A DNA stretch of 61,291 nucleotides, filler included, from Diploschistes diacapsis (taxonomy: Eukaryota): assembly GCA_023645945.1 (NCBI GenBank). It is 4 parts of 4 records of this genome, joined end to end, with 100 filler letters (N's around TTAATTAATTAA, not from the genome) between each part and the next. Parts side by side here need not be neighbours in the genome. Positions count along the whole stretch, not along the records: positions 1 to 15,260 come from JALAIB010000561.1; positions 15,361 to 30,611 come from JALAIB010000562.1; 2 more parts are not named here. One strand, 5' to 3'. Made by a program: the position numbers and the translations under genes. Of this stretch, positions 11,114 to 22,820 are shown in pieces (position 1 is the first letter of the stretch; the number at the start of each line of letters is the position of its first letter). Under the pieces are notes generated by a model. The model ran no database searches and had not been told where the DNA came from. It worked only from the letters and a program-made list of their open reading frames with translations.

Positions 11114-14100
11114 TTCACCCAGGAGAAATGAAGAGTCGGGCGATGCAGGCTTGTCGATAATGGAAGACTTGGATCTTTGCCCCAGACAATAGCGCTCGCT
11201 TTAGCTAGGCCCATCATAGAGACAATGAGAAAGTAGAAAGGAATAACATTACTCAATCCAGGATGAATGTGACAAATGCTTAGAATTTAATTCGGCCCCC
11301 CATTTGGGCTTCCCAAAATTCCTGTGGACATGGTTCGTACCGCACGTGACTCGAGCTTAGCAAAAAGGTACCATCGGTTAAACCCGAGTAACCCCCGGGT
11401 CAATAGCGACACGGGGTCACGTTAAGCCTATTTAAGCAAGTGAAAGACTTGGCAGCAACTGTTAAAAGGTTTAACACTAGATTTTAATGCAAGAAATTAT
11501 ATAAAAAATTGTAAGTTATGTCAAAAATATTTAATTTCAAATTCACCCTGTTTTTTCTCCCCCTAAATCTCCTTTTCCCTTCCCTTGCCCTTCCCCACGG
11601 GACTTCACACGACCTTCCCACGGCTTTCTCACGGCCTTAGTTACGAAGTACCCCCCAGAACAAAGGTTAGCACAACACACTAGTTGACGCAGACAAACAG
11701 GGGTATCTTGCCATACGAAAAAAGGCCCAACGTGTCCTGTCACTGAAGATATATGGTAAAAGACCCCTGTTTGTTGTCGCGTCGACTAGTGTGGTGCTAA
11801 CCTTTGGTTGTTTCGCTCCGCCCAGTGCCCTCCTGGTACCCGCGAGTGTAGTCTCATAGGTACCCTGAGCATTCCGATCGTACCGAAGGTACTGCGACGT
11901 AGCCAAACGCTAGCTTTTACCTTCTGTTCTCTTTATGGCTAGACTGATGATTTTTGATGACCATGTTGTACACTAATGCACCCTGGTATTGTCTGAAGCT
12001 GCCACGACAACAACACCAAGCTGTACGTACAAGAAAAATCAAGTTGTGCAGTACAAGGCGAGATAGTATTTAGTCACTGGTTAGGGTTAAAGCAGGCTTA
12101 GGAGTTCCAGGTGAGCAAACCCTGGTGAATCTTGCGCTGATGATAACTTATATCGCTGAAACAAAATGCAACCCCCACCACTCACCATATACTAATGCCC
12201 TCACAAAGGTGTTCAGGTTCTGCATTCTGTCCGACTGAAAGCAGGAACCTTGTCATATGCGGTGGCGAGTTTTTGCCTGGTGCCCAGATCTGTCGCAAGG
12301 AAATCTGCATATTGTACACGTAGAAAGGTGGTTCGGGTAACTGAGTTCAGGCTCGCAAGCGAGCTACATGAATTCTCTGCACCCCCAGATGCCGCATATT
12401 AAGACGATCACCTTGTGTATGGAAGCCAGCAGGACTTTAGCTACTATATAGCAAATGTTGCCGAGTCTGAACAGCCTTCGGACGGAGCGAGATCGGCAGT
12501 GAGAAAATAAACATAAGATCACGCACAATGTTGCCTCAAGTATCGAATACAACCTGTCCAAGACAAAACGGGTTCGCGAGTCACATTCTAGAAAGCTCAA
12601 CCCAAGCCCACCCACAGCCACAGCCACAAGCATGGCACACAACCACATAATGGCGGGATGTGAGCATCGTTTTTTCCGCAGTGTAACAACCCAGGGCTGC
12701 TCCGCACCCTTAAGAAATATACCGTACCTGCCAAGCCGTGTAGCTCATAAAACAATATAATTTGTCTGCATCTTAATGTCCCATGATACGAACCGAGTCC
12801 TTTTGTTGGTATGAAGAGGTGTGCATTGTGGGTCAGGGTACAGTGAATACCCCAAGTATAGAAATTCTTAGCTTTGTTCCTAGATTATGCTGGGGTTCTC
12901 CGTGGCTATACATTCCAAGGCATCCGTATCCTATATCGAATGATACCACTATTATACCTGTCAGAATGCATCGAACTAGTGCTGACGAACGTATTAATCG
13001 CGAATATATTAGGGGCCCACTTAGGACGACTGCCTGACCATCGCCTAAAATTGTAGGCTTCTTTACGATCATAGACCACAATTGTCCACAATAGTCAGAG
13101 TGCACACGGCCCTGTATTATGCCTTCTTTCTTGCATAATACAAAAATGACAGAAGAGGGAACGTCTGTAGGTCTCGCACGAGCATAAGAAGCCGTATATT
13201 TGCCCTTCTTCTTCTTCTCTTCGCTCTCCTCCTCCTTCTCCAAGCCTGTTTAGAAGTACGAATACCTATACTCCGTCGAACTCGCTGTAGAGCCTAGCTC
13301 TGTGCTGCAGTGCCTGCCCCGCTTCTTCACGGGCATCCTTGAACACCGTTGCCCCTCTAGTGACATTTCCTCTTCCGAAGGTTCTTACCTTTTTACCAGT
13401 CAAAGCCCTCTCATCTTCTTCTCTATCCAACCCACTGCCTTTATCATCCCTTCTTTGTTACGCTGCAACACCTCTGCTTGCTTATCATGGACAAATCTTC
13501 AGGAACCCCACAGCGAAGCCAGACCATCAAGACAGCTCGTCATGAACCCGAGCATCCAGCGAACTCCGACCAAGCTGCTGGTCACAGCAGCTCCAGCTCC
13601 ACTTCATTCTCCATGCAACTTTGGCTTAATGGAGGGGCTTCCGAAGATCCCTGGACCTCGCTCAGACACAATGCTGCCGACGCTCAGGGACCGGAGAAGT
13701 TTCCGAAGGCCAGTCCAAAGGTGTGCGGAATCTAGCCCTTGCTTGGGTGCGCGTCACTGACATATCGTAGGGTCATCTGTAGTGGGGGCGTGGCTTATAC
13801 GAGACCCTTTCTACTACATTGATGGGGTTCAACTTGGCTACGCCACTGCCGTGCTCGCGTGGTTGCCTAAGACTAGGAGAACGAGAAATGGAGAGATGGG
13901 ACACGGAAGAACGATATAAAGAACAAGCTCGAATGGATAATGAAACGCATTAGAATATACTTTCCGTCGTCTTGAATTTATTTCTGCAAGCTTATCAACT
14001 CTTATACCTCGTAACAATCGATGCTTGGTGCTCAGCTCATCTCCACCTACCCCATAGCCGCTGCTCCATCTCGAGGAAGCAGGGTCTTTAACCATTTTCA

Positions 14101-15260
14101 TAAATCAGCGTAAAGCCTGGAGCCAACTAGCACTCTATACGCGAGAGGACAATGCCAAGAAATCGGAGCATGGTTCTCACTATTAGCGGGTTGCTGTTAT
14201 TCTGACGGAAATAAAGGCTATTACATAAGTAAATTACCGGAGCTTAACACCTGTCCAACCTGTCTGAAATCTCTCGGTCTTCCCACTACATCTCAATATC
14301 TATACAACGTTTAACTGAAGCAAAAAAACATCGACACTGGATGGCCACCAGATCAAACAAATGGATCTGATTCGAGATGGTGATATGGGCTTTAAAGCCG
14401 CGCGTGGGTTGTAGAAAAACTTTATCATGAATATTATTTTATAAGGACCCGCAAAACAGGGACCCAGAGGGCTAATGGTAAAATATATTTTTGTTTTCAG
14501 GCATCATGACTAGCGCCGATCTACGCAATCGGGTCTTTTGTAGGGCTTAACGCTCTAAGGGCTGGTGGTGGATCGCAACCAATCAGCGTTGACGTTTTGT
14601 GCTAGTTCGTACTTTCAGGTCGCACACCTCACACATGGCAGCAAATTGCTCTTACTAGTGATCGAGTGACTCGTCAGTATGCACGTAGGGGAGAGCAGGG
14701 CCTCTTACTTGCAGATCTCATACTTAGTAAAATGCAAGAAGGAAATTGCTCTTACTGGTCATAGAGTGATCCATCAAGATGCACGCAGGAGGTACAAATC
14801 CTTGCGACGAAGCCTGCAACGTTAAAACAGAAGAGCATAAGGCTTTGAGGCAAAACGTATCCTTTGTCTTGTAGTTGCAACGAGGGTCCCACATGGGTGG
14901 GGACAGCCCGTTCCACACCACACAAGCACGAGTGCCGAGACTTGCTGTTGACATATTTCCGAAACGGGCATTGTAGCCGCTTTAGGATTAGCCCAGGCTG
15001 CTAGGCCTAGAATAAAAATCTTCGTGATAGGCGCGCGAACTTGCACCCTATTGTGAAATTGTTTCATGTCGGTCAATCAATGAATACTTCCTGTACTGCT
15101 ACGGAGGTACCTTCCTAGAGCCGTCATGGGAGTTCCCATAGTGTAAAGGCCCGAGTCACACCACGCTATGCCATCGCCTACTCACGATGAATGCCTTGCC
15201 GGCCACGAATACGCCGTTGAAAGATTGGGACTTCAAGACCCCATCCTGACCAACCCACCC

Positions 15261-15360
15261 NNNNNNNNNNNNNNNNNNNNNNNNNNNNNNNNNNNNNNNN
15301 NNNNTTAATTAATTAANNNNNNNNNNNNNNNNNNNNNNNNNNNNNNNNNNNNNNNNNNNN
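15261..15360. other. Artificial contig linker (N44-TTAATTAATTAA-N44)
   Basis: 100-bp spacer with a six-frame stop 12-mer. Identical at three places in the window. Confidence 0.97.
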
Positions 15361-15726
15361 TCCCTCATCCCTCATCCCGGTGCCGGCGTAGGGTCTGCAT
15401 GCAACGACGAAATGATTCGCCCTTACGCGTGAGTGGTTACATTTTTATATGGTAGCGACCGAGCGCTCGCTTTGTGCGAAACAGGATGGGGCTTGGACCC
15501 TGTTCGACACGTGAGGGAGTACAGAGTCGTGACCCCTAGGCTCTCAGTATATGGGCATGTTAATCCTGTCCAGCACTATTCTCGCTCTTCTTCGTTCCAA
15601 GCTCCACCGGGGAATCATCTCTTGAGTCATAGAATCCTTTGAAAGTCACCGGCTTTTGTGGGCGATCTTTTAGTAGTGGTTTATCTGCTTTTTACCCTCT
15701 CGCTCGACGAAGCGCAACTTTGCGAA

Positions 15727-17140
15727 ATGTCCAGTCCACAGATGGCCACAGGGTCTCAACCGTCCTTGATCACTACAGGTCTTATTGTCGTCTCTGTGAT
15801 ATTCCCCGTTCTGTCCTTGCTTTCCATTGTCCTGCGCTTTATGGCACGGAAAAGTGCTCGCCAGGATTTCATGGCGGACGACTGGTGGATTGCGGCTGCC
15901 TGGGTAAGGCGAATGTTCCAGCGCGAAGCATCGTCCCAGAGGATTGTCTTTGACGTCAATTAGATCGCCTCGTTGTCTGTCAGTATCAACTCGTGGTACT
16001 TTGGGGCTACGACAGGCGTGAATTACTTCACGGTCGATCCGCTCAGCGGTATCGAAGATTCCCTCGAGGTAATTGAAGACCTATTGATATCTTGATACTC
16101 GTGGACACAGACTGATTGAGAAGTGTATCCTCATTTCGAGCTGCCTAATCCAAATCGCTTTGACTGTCGTCAAAATCTCTATCCTATTTTTCTACAAGAG
16201 GATTTTCTCCACGGCCAAGTTTCAAATTGTGGCATGGATCGCGATCGCGATCGTCGCCGCATGGGGCGTAATATTCTTCTTCGTGGGTCAAGAGGTCGAC
16301 GTTGAGGACAGGGCTCTGATACCAATAGCTTGTCTTGTTCGAAAGCGATCCTGTCTCGGCGTCTTGGACAGGAGAAGGCACCTTGCGATATGATGCCGTG
16401 GCACTTGGGACGGCGCAGGTTGGAACGAGCATCGCTCTTGATGTGCTGATTCTTGCTCTACCACTTCCAATGATCGCAAGTCTCCACATGAAGACGGAAA
16501 GGAAGGTCGCTATCGGGATAATATTCTGGCTTGGAGGCTTGTAAGGACGTCCTCACCTACCTTGTAAAGCCACCATTACTGAGTCTGAGTAGCTGCTGTG
16601 TTGCAGCCATTGTGCGTCTAATACTTCTGACGCAGTCTCTAGCAGAGGTCGTTGGGCAGACAAGTCAAATACGTAAGTCCCGGTTGGGATGCCGACGGCG
16701 TAACTTGAGACTGACTGGAATCGACAGACCTCGAGGCAAACAACATAATCTTCCAGATCCTTGAGCCAAATTGCTCAGTCATAGCAGCCTGCTTACCGTG
16801 CTACGGTCCACTTTTCGCCGGGGGCAGGGCAACCGAGTCTATTGTCCGCAGCGTTCGAGCCGCCATCTCTCTTGCAAGTCGTGGCTCACATACATCCGCA
16901 CAAAGTAAAACCCAACAAAGTGCGAAGGCTACAGGTTCAGGTGTAGTGATGCCAAAGCCCAACCAGAACGAATCAGAGATCGAGCTTAACGATGCTACGC
17001 CGGAGTGGCCAAGCTCCTACTCGCAGACTCGAAACTCTATCGATGGTGCCCGTTTTTCGCAGCAAACCGGTGAGGACGGGAAGCCTCTTCCAGCGAACGG
17101 AATTACGCAGACGAGGGTCTTTGATGTCACGCGAAGCTAA
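15727..17140 (+). CDS. PTH11-like (non-CFEM) GPCR-like integral membrane protein, multi-exon
   Basis: Family motifs across exons: LRFMAR...ADDW, VKISILFFYKRIF, DVLILALPLPMI, KVAIGIIFWLG, CCVAAIVRL, ILEPNCSVIAACLP, followed by a Ser-rich cytoplasmic tail. Confidence 0.85.
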
Positions 17141-17859
17141 GTAGTAATGTGGTGAACAGTCAGTCTGTGCAGAATGTGCCTTTTTCTTAGACCTGGTAAG
17201 CCCATAAGATGTCCTCCAGGGCTGGAAGAAGTGAGGCCGGTGAGATGTCATTGTTCAAAATATTTCAGATACTACTATACCACGATTCTTGGAGACTACC
17301 GCGATATCTCTTGACCCTGTAGGCAATAGTCGCTGGTGTCCTGTCACAGAGCCGGCCACGTGAAGCTCGGCATCTTTCATAGTAACCCCCGTCATGAACC
17401 TGCCGGACACGCTGCTGGAGCCGGAAAGACGCTGTGGGAGAGCATTTGGATGTTTAAGGAGGAGTAACCTGCTGTTGCATCAACTAGCAAGCAGAAGTAG
17501 TTTAGCGCCTTATCTTTCTCCACGTAACTAAGCTTCCTAGATAATCCTACCTTAATGCAATCCTTTGCTCCCTTGCTCGCGGTTCATCAGTGGAAGTGGA
17601 GCGGTGAACAGGCGATTGGGAGCTGCAAGACAGTGTGGCACATGGATCAGCTGACGCGCCCAACGAAATGGCGTGCTGCGTTCAGGAGTAAGACCGAGTC
17701 TTACGAGAGGGAGTCAGTCGAAGCTGTGCTTCGAAATATCCGATTGGAAGAATTCGACCTGTAGCGCTCGCCAGCACTTGGGTAGGGTGGCATGGGGGTC
17801 GTTCGAAGGGCCTGTGGAACTGGCCTCGTTTGACCCAGATGACACTGTTAGCTACAGTG

Positions 17860-17950
17860 GGCGGGCATGGTCGAATGGTGAAGACGACTGCTGGATGATC
17901 TTCTTGTAAAGACAAAAAAGGTCGTGGGGGTTCGATGCCCACTGCTGCCA
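17860..17950 (+). pseudogene. Degenerate tRNA-like sequence (type II, tRNA-Leu-like), probably a tRNA pseudogene or SINE head
   Basis: A-box TGGTCGAATGG (17868-17878), D-stem GTC/GAC, B-box GGTTCGATGCC (17929-17939), GTGGG/CCCAC T-stem, and a GGCG(G)GCA/TGCTGCC-A acceptor stem with one extra base. The anticodon arm does not fold cleanly and there is no oligo-T terminator. Confidence 0.45.
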
Positions 17951-18450
17951 CTACTCTTCACTCCAGGCTTGGCATCCTGGACCCCACCTAGTTGCTAGTC
18001 ACTACTCTCGGCGCTACGTACGGGACCTTCCGTACGGGACCTTCCACACCAAAGACAACACAACTTAGGTTAGCATGTCCGACAAAATTGGTGCGGGATC
18101 ATGGGGTTAGCGGGGTAGCCACCCCTGGGGTTTTCAATGATGTGTCGCAATACGAGAAATTGCAGTTACTTGAAATGTCATGTGGGACCAATACTTATGT
18201 TTAGGCTCGTTCCTTCAGCCAATAATGTGTACAAATATACTAGGATAAAGCAGCTTCAGCTGCCAGATCGACTCCTGTTTGGCTTGACGGCATGGGTAGC
18301 CTTGTGTGGAAGTATGGAGTTGTTGCTCTCGGCAGTCAGTCGTAGTACCGTGGACCTTATCTCGGTCGACTTCTGTTACCCTCGCGGCTGAGGATGGCTG
18401 GGCTAGTCTGGTCCATGGTGTGCCGCTATCGATCCCAGAGTATTAACCCA

Positions 18451-18635
18451 AATAAGTTAGTCTAGCTGACCAACAAGCTTCTAGCAGGATCTTTGGGAGG
18501 TTCTAGGTAGAGCCTAGTGTAACACCATCGAAGATCCTCCTACTAATGATCGTCGATTATATTAACAATCGAAGATTTTAAATGGTTGAATTATAAATCC
18601 AAGTATTGGACAAGGGATCCGAGTTGTTGGATTGT
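18451..18635 (+). repeat. Degenerate repeat fragment, copy 1; related to 29971-30190
   Basis: Collinear blocks shared with the second copy: GTTAGT..CTGACYAACAA, GGAGGTTCTA, TAGARCCTA...TCCT.CTA..AATGATCG, TCCAA..TATT(T)GGAC.AGGG.TCC...TGTTGGATT. Confidence 0.55.
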
Positions 18636-19038
18636 AACGTAGTTCATTAGGAGATGGGTTATCCCAGAAGGTGGGCCACCGCCCTATCAAATTTTAAAAT
18701 GAAACTTTTAGCGTAATATATCTTAAAAACCTGTTGAGGATATGTTCTTGCAGCGGATGATAAAAGGAAGGAATGGCACTTTCCGTAGCAGTAATCCATT
18801 AGGGAAGAGAAACTATCTAGGTGGGAACATGCCCTTAAATACTGCGCTCGGCATTAGACTAGTCAGAACTCTCACGCCTAATTCTCAATAACTTATATAA
18901 TTAATTTATTTGATTTAATTTGTATATCTACCTACGCTTGGCGAGCAAATTTTCAGATACTTCAGGGGCACGCCAAGACGCTAAGAAATTCTTGTATATT
19001 TTCAGAAAGCACTGTAATTAATCAAGATATGATGAGAC

Positions 19039-19685
19039 TAGGCTAGCCGTCACGGTCACGGATATTAATATGGACACTATAGTATCTGTATCCGTGTCCG
19101 TGTCCGTGTTTTAAAAATTTTTAATTATAATTTCCGTGTCCGTATTTTTATTATATTATAATGTTCGTATTCCTATTCGTATTTTAAATTTTTTAATTAT
19201 AATATTCGTATTTGTTGGAAGGTATTGGGTCGGTGGTCTAGCAGTGGGATAGATTGGAAAGGAGAGAACTACTGCTAGCTAGCTATGAAGAGATTTATTT
19301 ATAGCTAGCGCGACACCCTAGCTAGTCACTTGCTACTAGGGTGGACCGACACTTGAGCCCGTACTGTCAGACAACCCGGCCTGTGCCGGGTTATCCAAAC
19401 AGTATTCGTGTTTTTATTGCCGTGTTTAATTTTTATATTTAATTCTTACTTTGATAATAATTTAATATTACAATATTCGTATTAAAAATTGGTTTATTAC
19501 GTTATCCGTATTCGTGTTTTTATTATATTCTAATATCCGTTTCCGTATCCGTAATTTAAACATTTTAATTATAATATCAGTATTCGTGTTTTTACTGCAC
19601 TATAGTATCCGTGTTAATATCCGTGTTTTAAATATTTTAATTATAGTGTCCGTGTCCGTGTCCGTGGCACGAAACGGCCAGCCTA
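19039..19685. mobile_element. Non-autonomous hAT-type element (MITE) carrying a nested solo LTR
   Basis: Terminal inverted repeats TAGGCTAGCCGT... / ...ACGGCCAGCCTA. Subterminal CCGTGT/ACACGG arrays. 8-bp target-site duplication GATGAGAC (19031-19038) / GGTGAGAC (19686-19693), one mismatch. Confidence 0.8.
19213..19401 (+). mobile_element. Solo LTR (189 bp), copy 1; orientation arbitrary
   Basis: Begins TGTTGG and ends CCAAACA. Exact 5-bp TSD GTATT on both sides (19208-19212, 19402-19406). Near-identical inverted copy at 29465-29648. Confidence 0.85.
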
Positions 19686-19793
19686 GGTGAGACGATGCTC
19701 CGGTAACATCGAGACTGCTTTTCGTGCTTTGGTTTGCCTACATCATGCTTGGCTCTTCCTCCCCCCCAAACCTTTTCCCTCGTGAGGCTCAGG

Positions 19794-20846
19794 ATGGCAG
19801 CCGAGTACAGCAAAGGACGGGATTACATCTCTTCCGCAAAGTAAGTACTGCCCCTTTCCGCGCCCCATTCGAATTCGTTGGCGCTGATTCTTGACAGATT
19901 GAATTATTTTCATTACGTGCTCAAGCAGCTCTTGCAATATACATTCCACCCTTGCATTCCTACTTCCCCTGAGCGACGACTTCGCGTGGCCGATCTTGGA
20001 ACTCAGACGGCGTACGGTTGTGTCCGTTTCATTGCGCGGTGTAACTGACCCACCACAAAGTATCTGGCCCATTGACGTTGCCTTAAGCTACGGTTCATCA
20101 GTCGAGCTCGATGCTTTCGACATTTCGGATACTTTCTTTCCGCCACCTGATTGGTTGCCGAGCAATGTGCGCTTACGCTTACACGACATTTACGACCCTT
20201 TTCCAAGCCACCTGCATGGCTTATTCGATGTGGTGCACCTGCGACTCTTTTTGACTCTCTCCAAAGTGGAGGTGGCAAAGATCCTAGAACATGCATCTCA
20301 ACTGCTGGGTTAGCACTGCGTAGCTCTTTTCTCTGGCTAGGTGCTGACAGCGATGGAATGCCGCTAACGTAAACACGTTTTGCAGCGCCCGGAGGGTTTG
20401 TCCAATGGACGGAACACGATAAAACCGCGCTTTCCGTCATCAGCTCTTCGGCATCGGACTCAGCTCATGATCAAGCAGCAGAAGCGGCCCATCGATTCGT
20501 GGAAATCCAGCAGCACACCCCATTTCCCGGTTATGACAGTGCCTGGGCTGCTTCGCTCGCACACACCATGTCCGAATGTGGCCTTGAAATCATGGCTGAT
20601 CATCGGGTGAGCGTTCCTTCGGCTTTGGTGCCTCAGTTTAGCGAGTTGCACTTGCTCTCGCTCGACGACGTGCCATCAGGACTAAGCACTACCATCGACG
20701 AATTCCGGGACTCGGGGGGGCTGACGAAGCTGAGGAACGAATTTGCCGCAGGGTTTGGGATCGTGGACGGATTCGTCTGCGTAGTCGGACGGAAAATTAA
20801 AGGACTGGGATCGAATGTCACCATGCCACAATCGATGGATTGCTGA
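19794..20846 (+). CDS. Class I SAM-dependent methyltransferase-fold protein of the fungal secondary-metabolism type, four exons
   Basis: Spliced translation MAAEYSKGRDYISSAKLNYFHY...FHPCIP...RVADLGTQTAIWPID...LDAFDIS...FPPPDWLPSNV...HDIYDPFP...FDVVHLR...LLAPGGFVQWTE...CVVGRK. Introns have GT..AG ends and branch sites. Confidence 0.85.
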
Positions 20847-21152
20847 GCATCTGTGAATTGCAGCTGATGAACATGAATACTCTAGAAGTAATGGCCAGAC
20901 TTTTTGTCAAGGGACTGGGTGTACGAAGATAAACACGTAAAACCATTCTTAGTTAAGTCTGAACATTAGCCATCCTTAATGTATTTGAAATTCCTTAATC
21001 ATTAATCTGAAGTACTGACTAACATAGAGCCTGCATGTGACGAAACAAGGAATGTAGCAAAGGCCTGATGTGTATACAAGGCAGTATCTGAGTGTGGTAG
21101 TCCTTTACGCAGTCACTTGCCTGTTTAAGAAAATGTACCTCGCACCCAATTC

Positions 21153-22820
21153 TCACGAAGATAACACTATGGGGCTCTTGTTCTTCAAAAGCATCTGATC
21201 CCATGGCCAAGGAAAGAGAAATTCATGGATGATGTAGTTCTTTGGGCGGCCTTGTCCAGGCACAAACTTGAAGTCGTAGTTCCGTAGCAACTTCACCATC
21301 GTCATCTTCACAATTAAGCTCGCAAAAAATCGGCCCGGACATGCGGACTTTCCGTAACCGAATCCCAGATTCGAAGGCTCGACTTGAGAGAACTGGTGCC
21401 CGTCTTCTTGTCCGTGTGTCTGACGTAGCCTGTAAGAACGTAATCCATCAAACGATGCAGGATCAGGCGTATGTGCAGGATCATTTTCGATGGTCATGGT
21501 CGGTAGACAAACGTAAGTGCCACGGGGTATTTGCAGACCTTCCGAGCCAGGGCTTGAGAAGGTATAGGGCTCTTTGAAGAGCCGCTTGAGTCCTGTTATC
21601 GTCGGAGGACTCAACCTCTGGGATTCCCTTATGAAAGAATCCAGCGCCTTAAGATCGTTGTAGGATGAGTAGCTCCAACCATGACCGCCGATGGCATCAA
21701 GTTCTGCAGAAAGCTCTTGAAGGTAAATTGGATTCGAGGTCAGATCGTAGAGCACGTTGACTACCCGCAGTAGGGTTGTGTGCACAGAGGCAAGTGCAAG
21801 CAGCACCTCTACGTGAGCAAGTGCCCCTGGATTGCGGTCCTTCCCTTTAGCAGCCTCAACAAGCCAAGATAGAACATTGAAATCTGCTGGATCATCACCA
21901 GGACTCCACTTTCCAGCGTCACTGAGGTCGATCAGCTCCTGAATCTTCGGGCCAAGCAACATCTTAGCCTTCCGTAGATATCCAAATCCAGACCACCAGG
22001 AAGGGAGCAACCGACTGATAAAAGGGTGCATCCATGGTGGAAACATGCGAAGTACAACAATAGTCTTGAAAACTGTACGATTAGTTTAGCGTAGTTCTGC
22101 ATGTCAGGGAGAAGGCACATCTTCTTACGGTTCTCAGTGTAATTGACCGAAATGTCGAGCCAGACAGGATCACGACAGAAAGCAGTGCCCACAAGTGCTC
22201 GGGCAGACAATTGTGCAATGATCTTGCCCAGGACTTTGAACGGCTGAAATCTCGTCCAAGTGTCTCCGACTCGTGGAAAATACTTCTCGAAGGCATCCTC
22301 GAATTCCAGTTGCAAATCAGGTAGCAGTGTGCCCAGTCGAGGCGTCAATCTTCGTTGAACTATGACATGATGCATCCGGTTTTCCAGGATAACGTCCAGT
22401 CCTGTATACGGCCCCAGCAAGTCATGTTCCAGCGCTCCGTGCGGGCTGGCAATTGTCGCCGGTAGCCCGGAAAGCTCCTCCAGCGTCGACAGTGGGAGTA
22501 CAACGACATCAGCATTGCCTCGGGAGAATTTGAATGCCCGGCCTTTGAACTCCGCGGATGTCAGTACATCGAGCCTTGCCTATACTAGCATGGGTTCGTC
22601 GAGATACCTTTATATAACCTTGACCGAGCACCTCTAAGCCGTTGAAGGCAAAAATTAGATTCAAAATATACCTTGGTGTCAATCTTGATGGACAGCCGAC
22701 AAGAGGGAAGTCTGGCAATTTTCGCAATTCCTTTCTCGTGATAAGCAGATCACCTGCGTGATACACAAGCAAGAGCAAAGAAAGACCCCATAGGGGCAAA
22801 GCCAGCGATTCTCCCAACAT
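21153..22820 (-). CDS. Cytochrome P450 monooxygenase of the ent-kaurene-oxidase-like terpene-tailoring type, three exons
   Basis: N-terminal membrane anchor, I-helix LASVHTT, ExxR (ESQR), FDGLR, heme motif FGYGKSACPGRFFA. ORF segments 22509-22820, 21932-22420 and 21153-22046. Confidence 0.93.

Noticed and set aside
19040..19680. CRISPR-like or iteron-like appearance of the CCGTGT arrays
   Set aside because: Eukaryotic context, irregular spacing and no constant repeat-spacer structure. Explained as MITE subterminal repeats.
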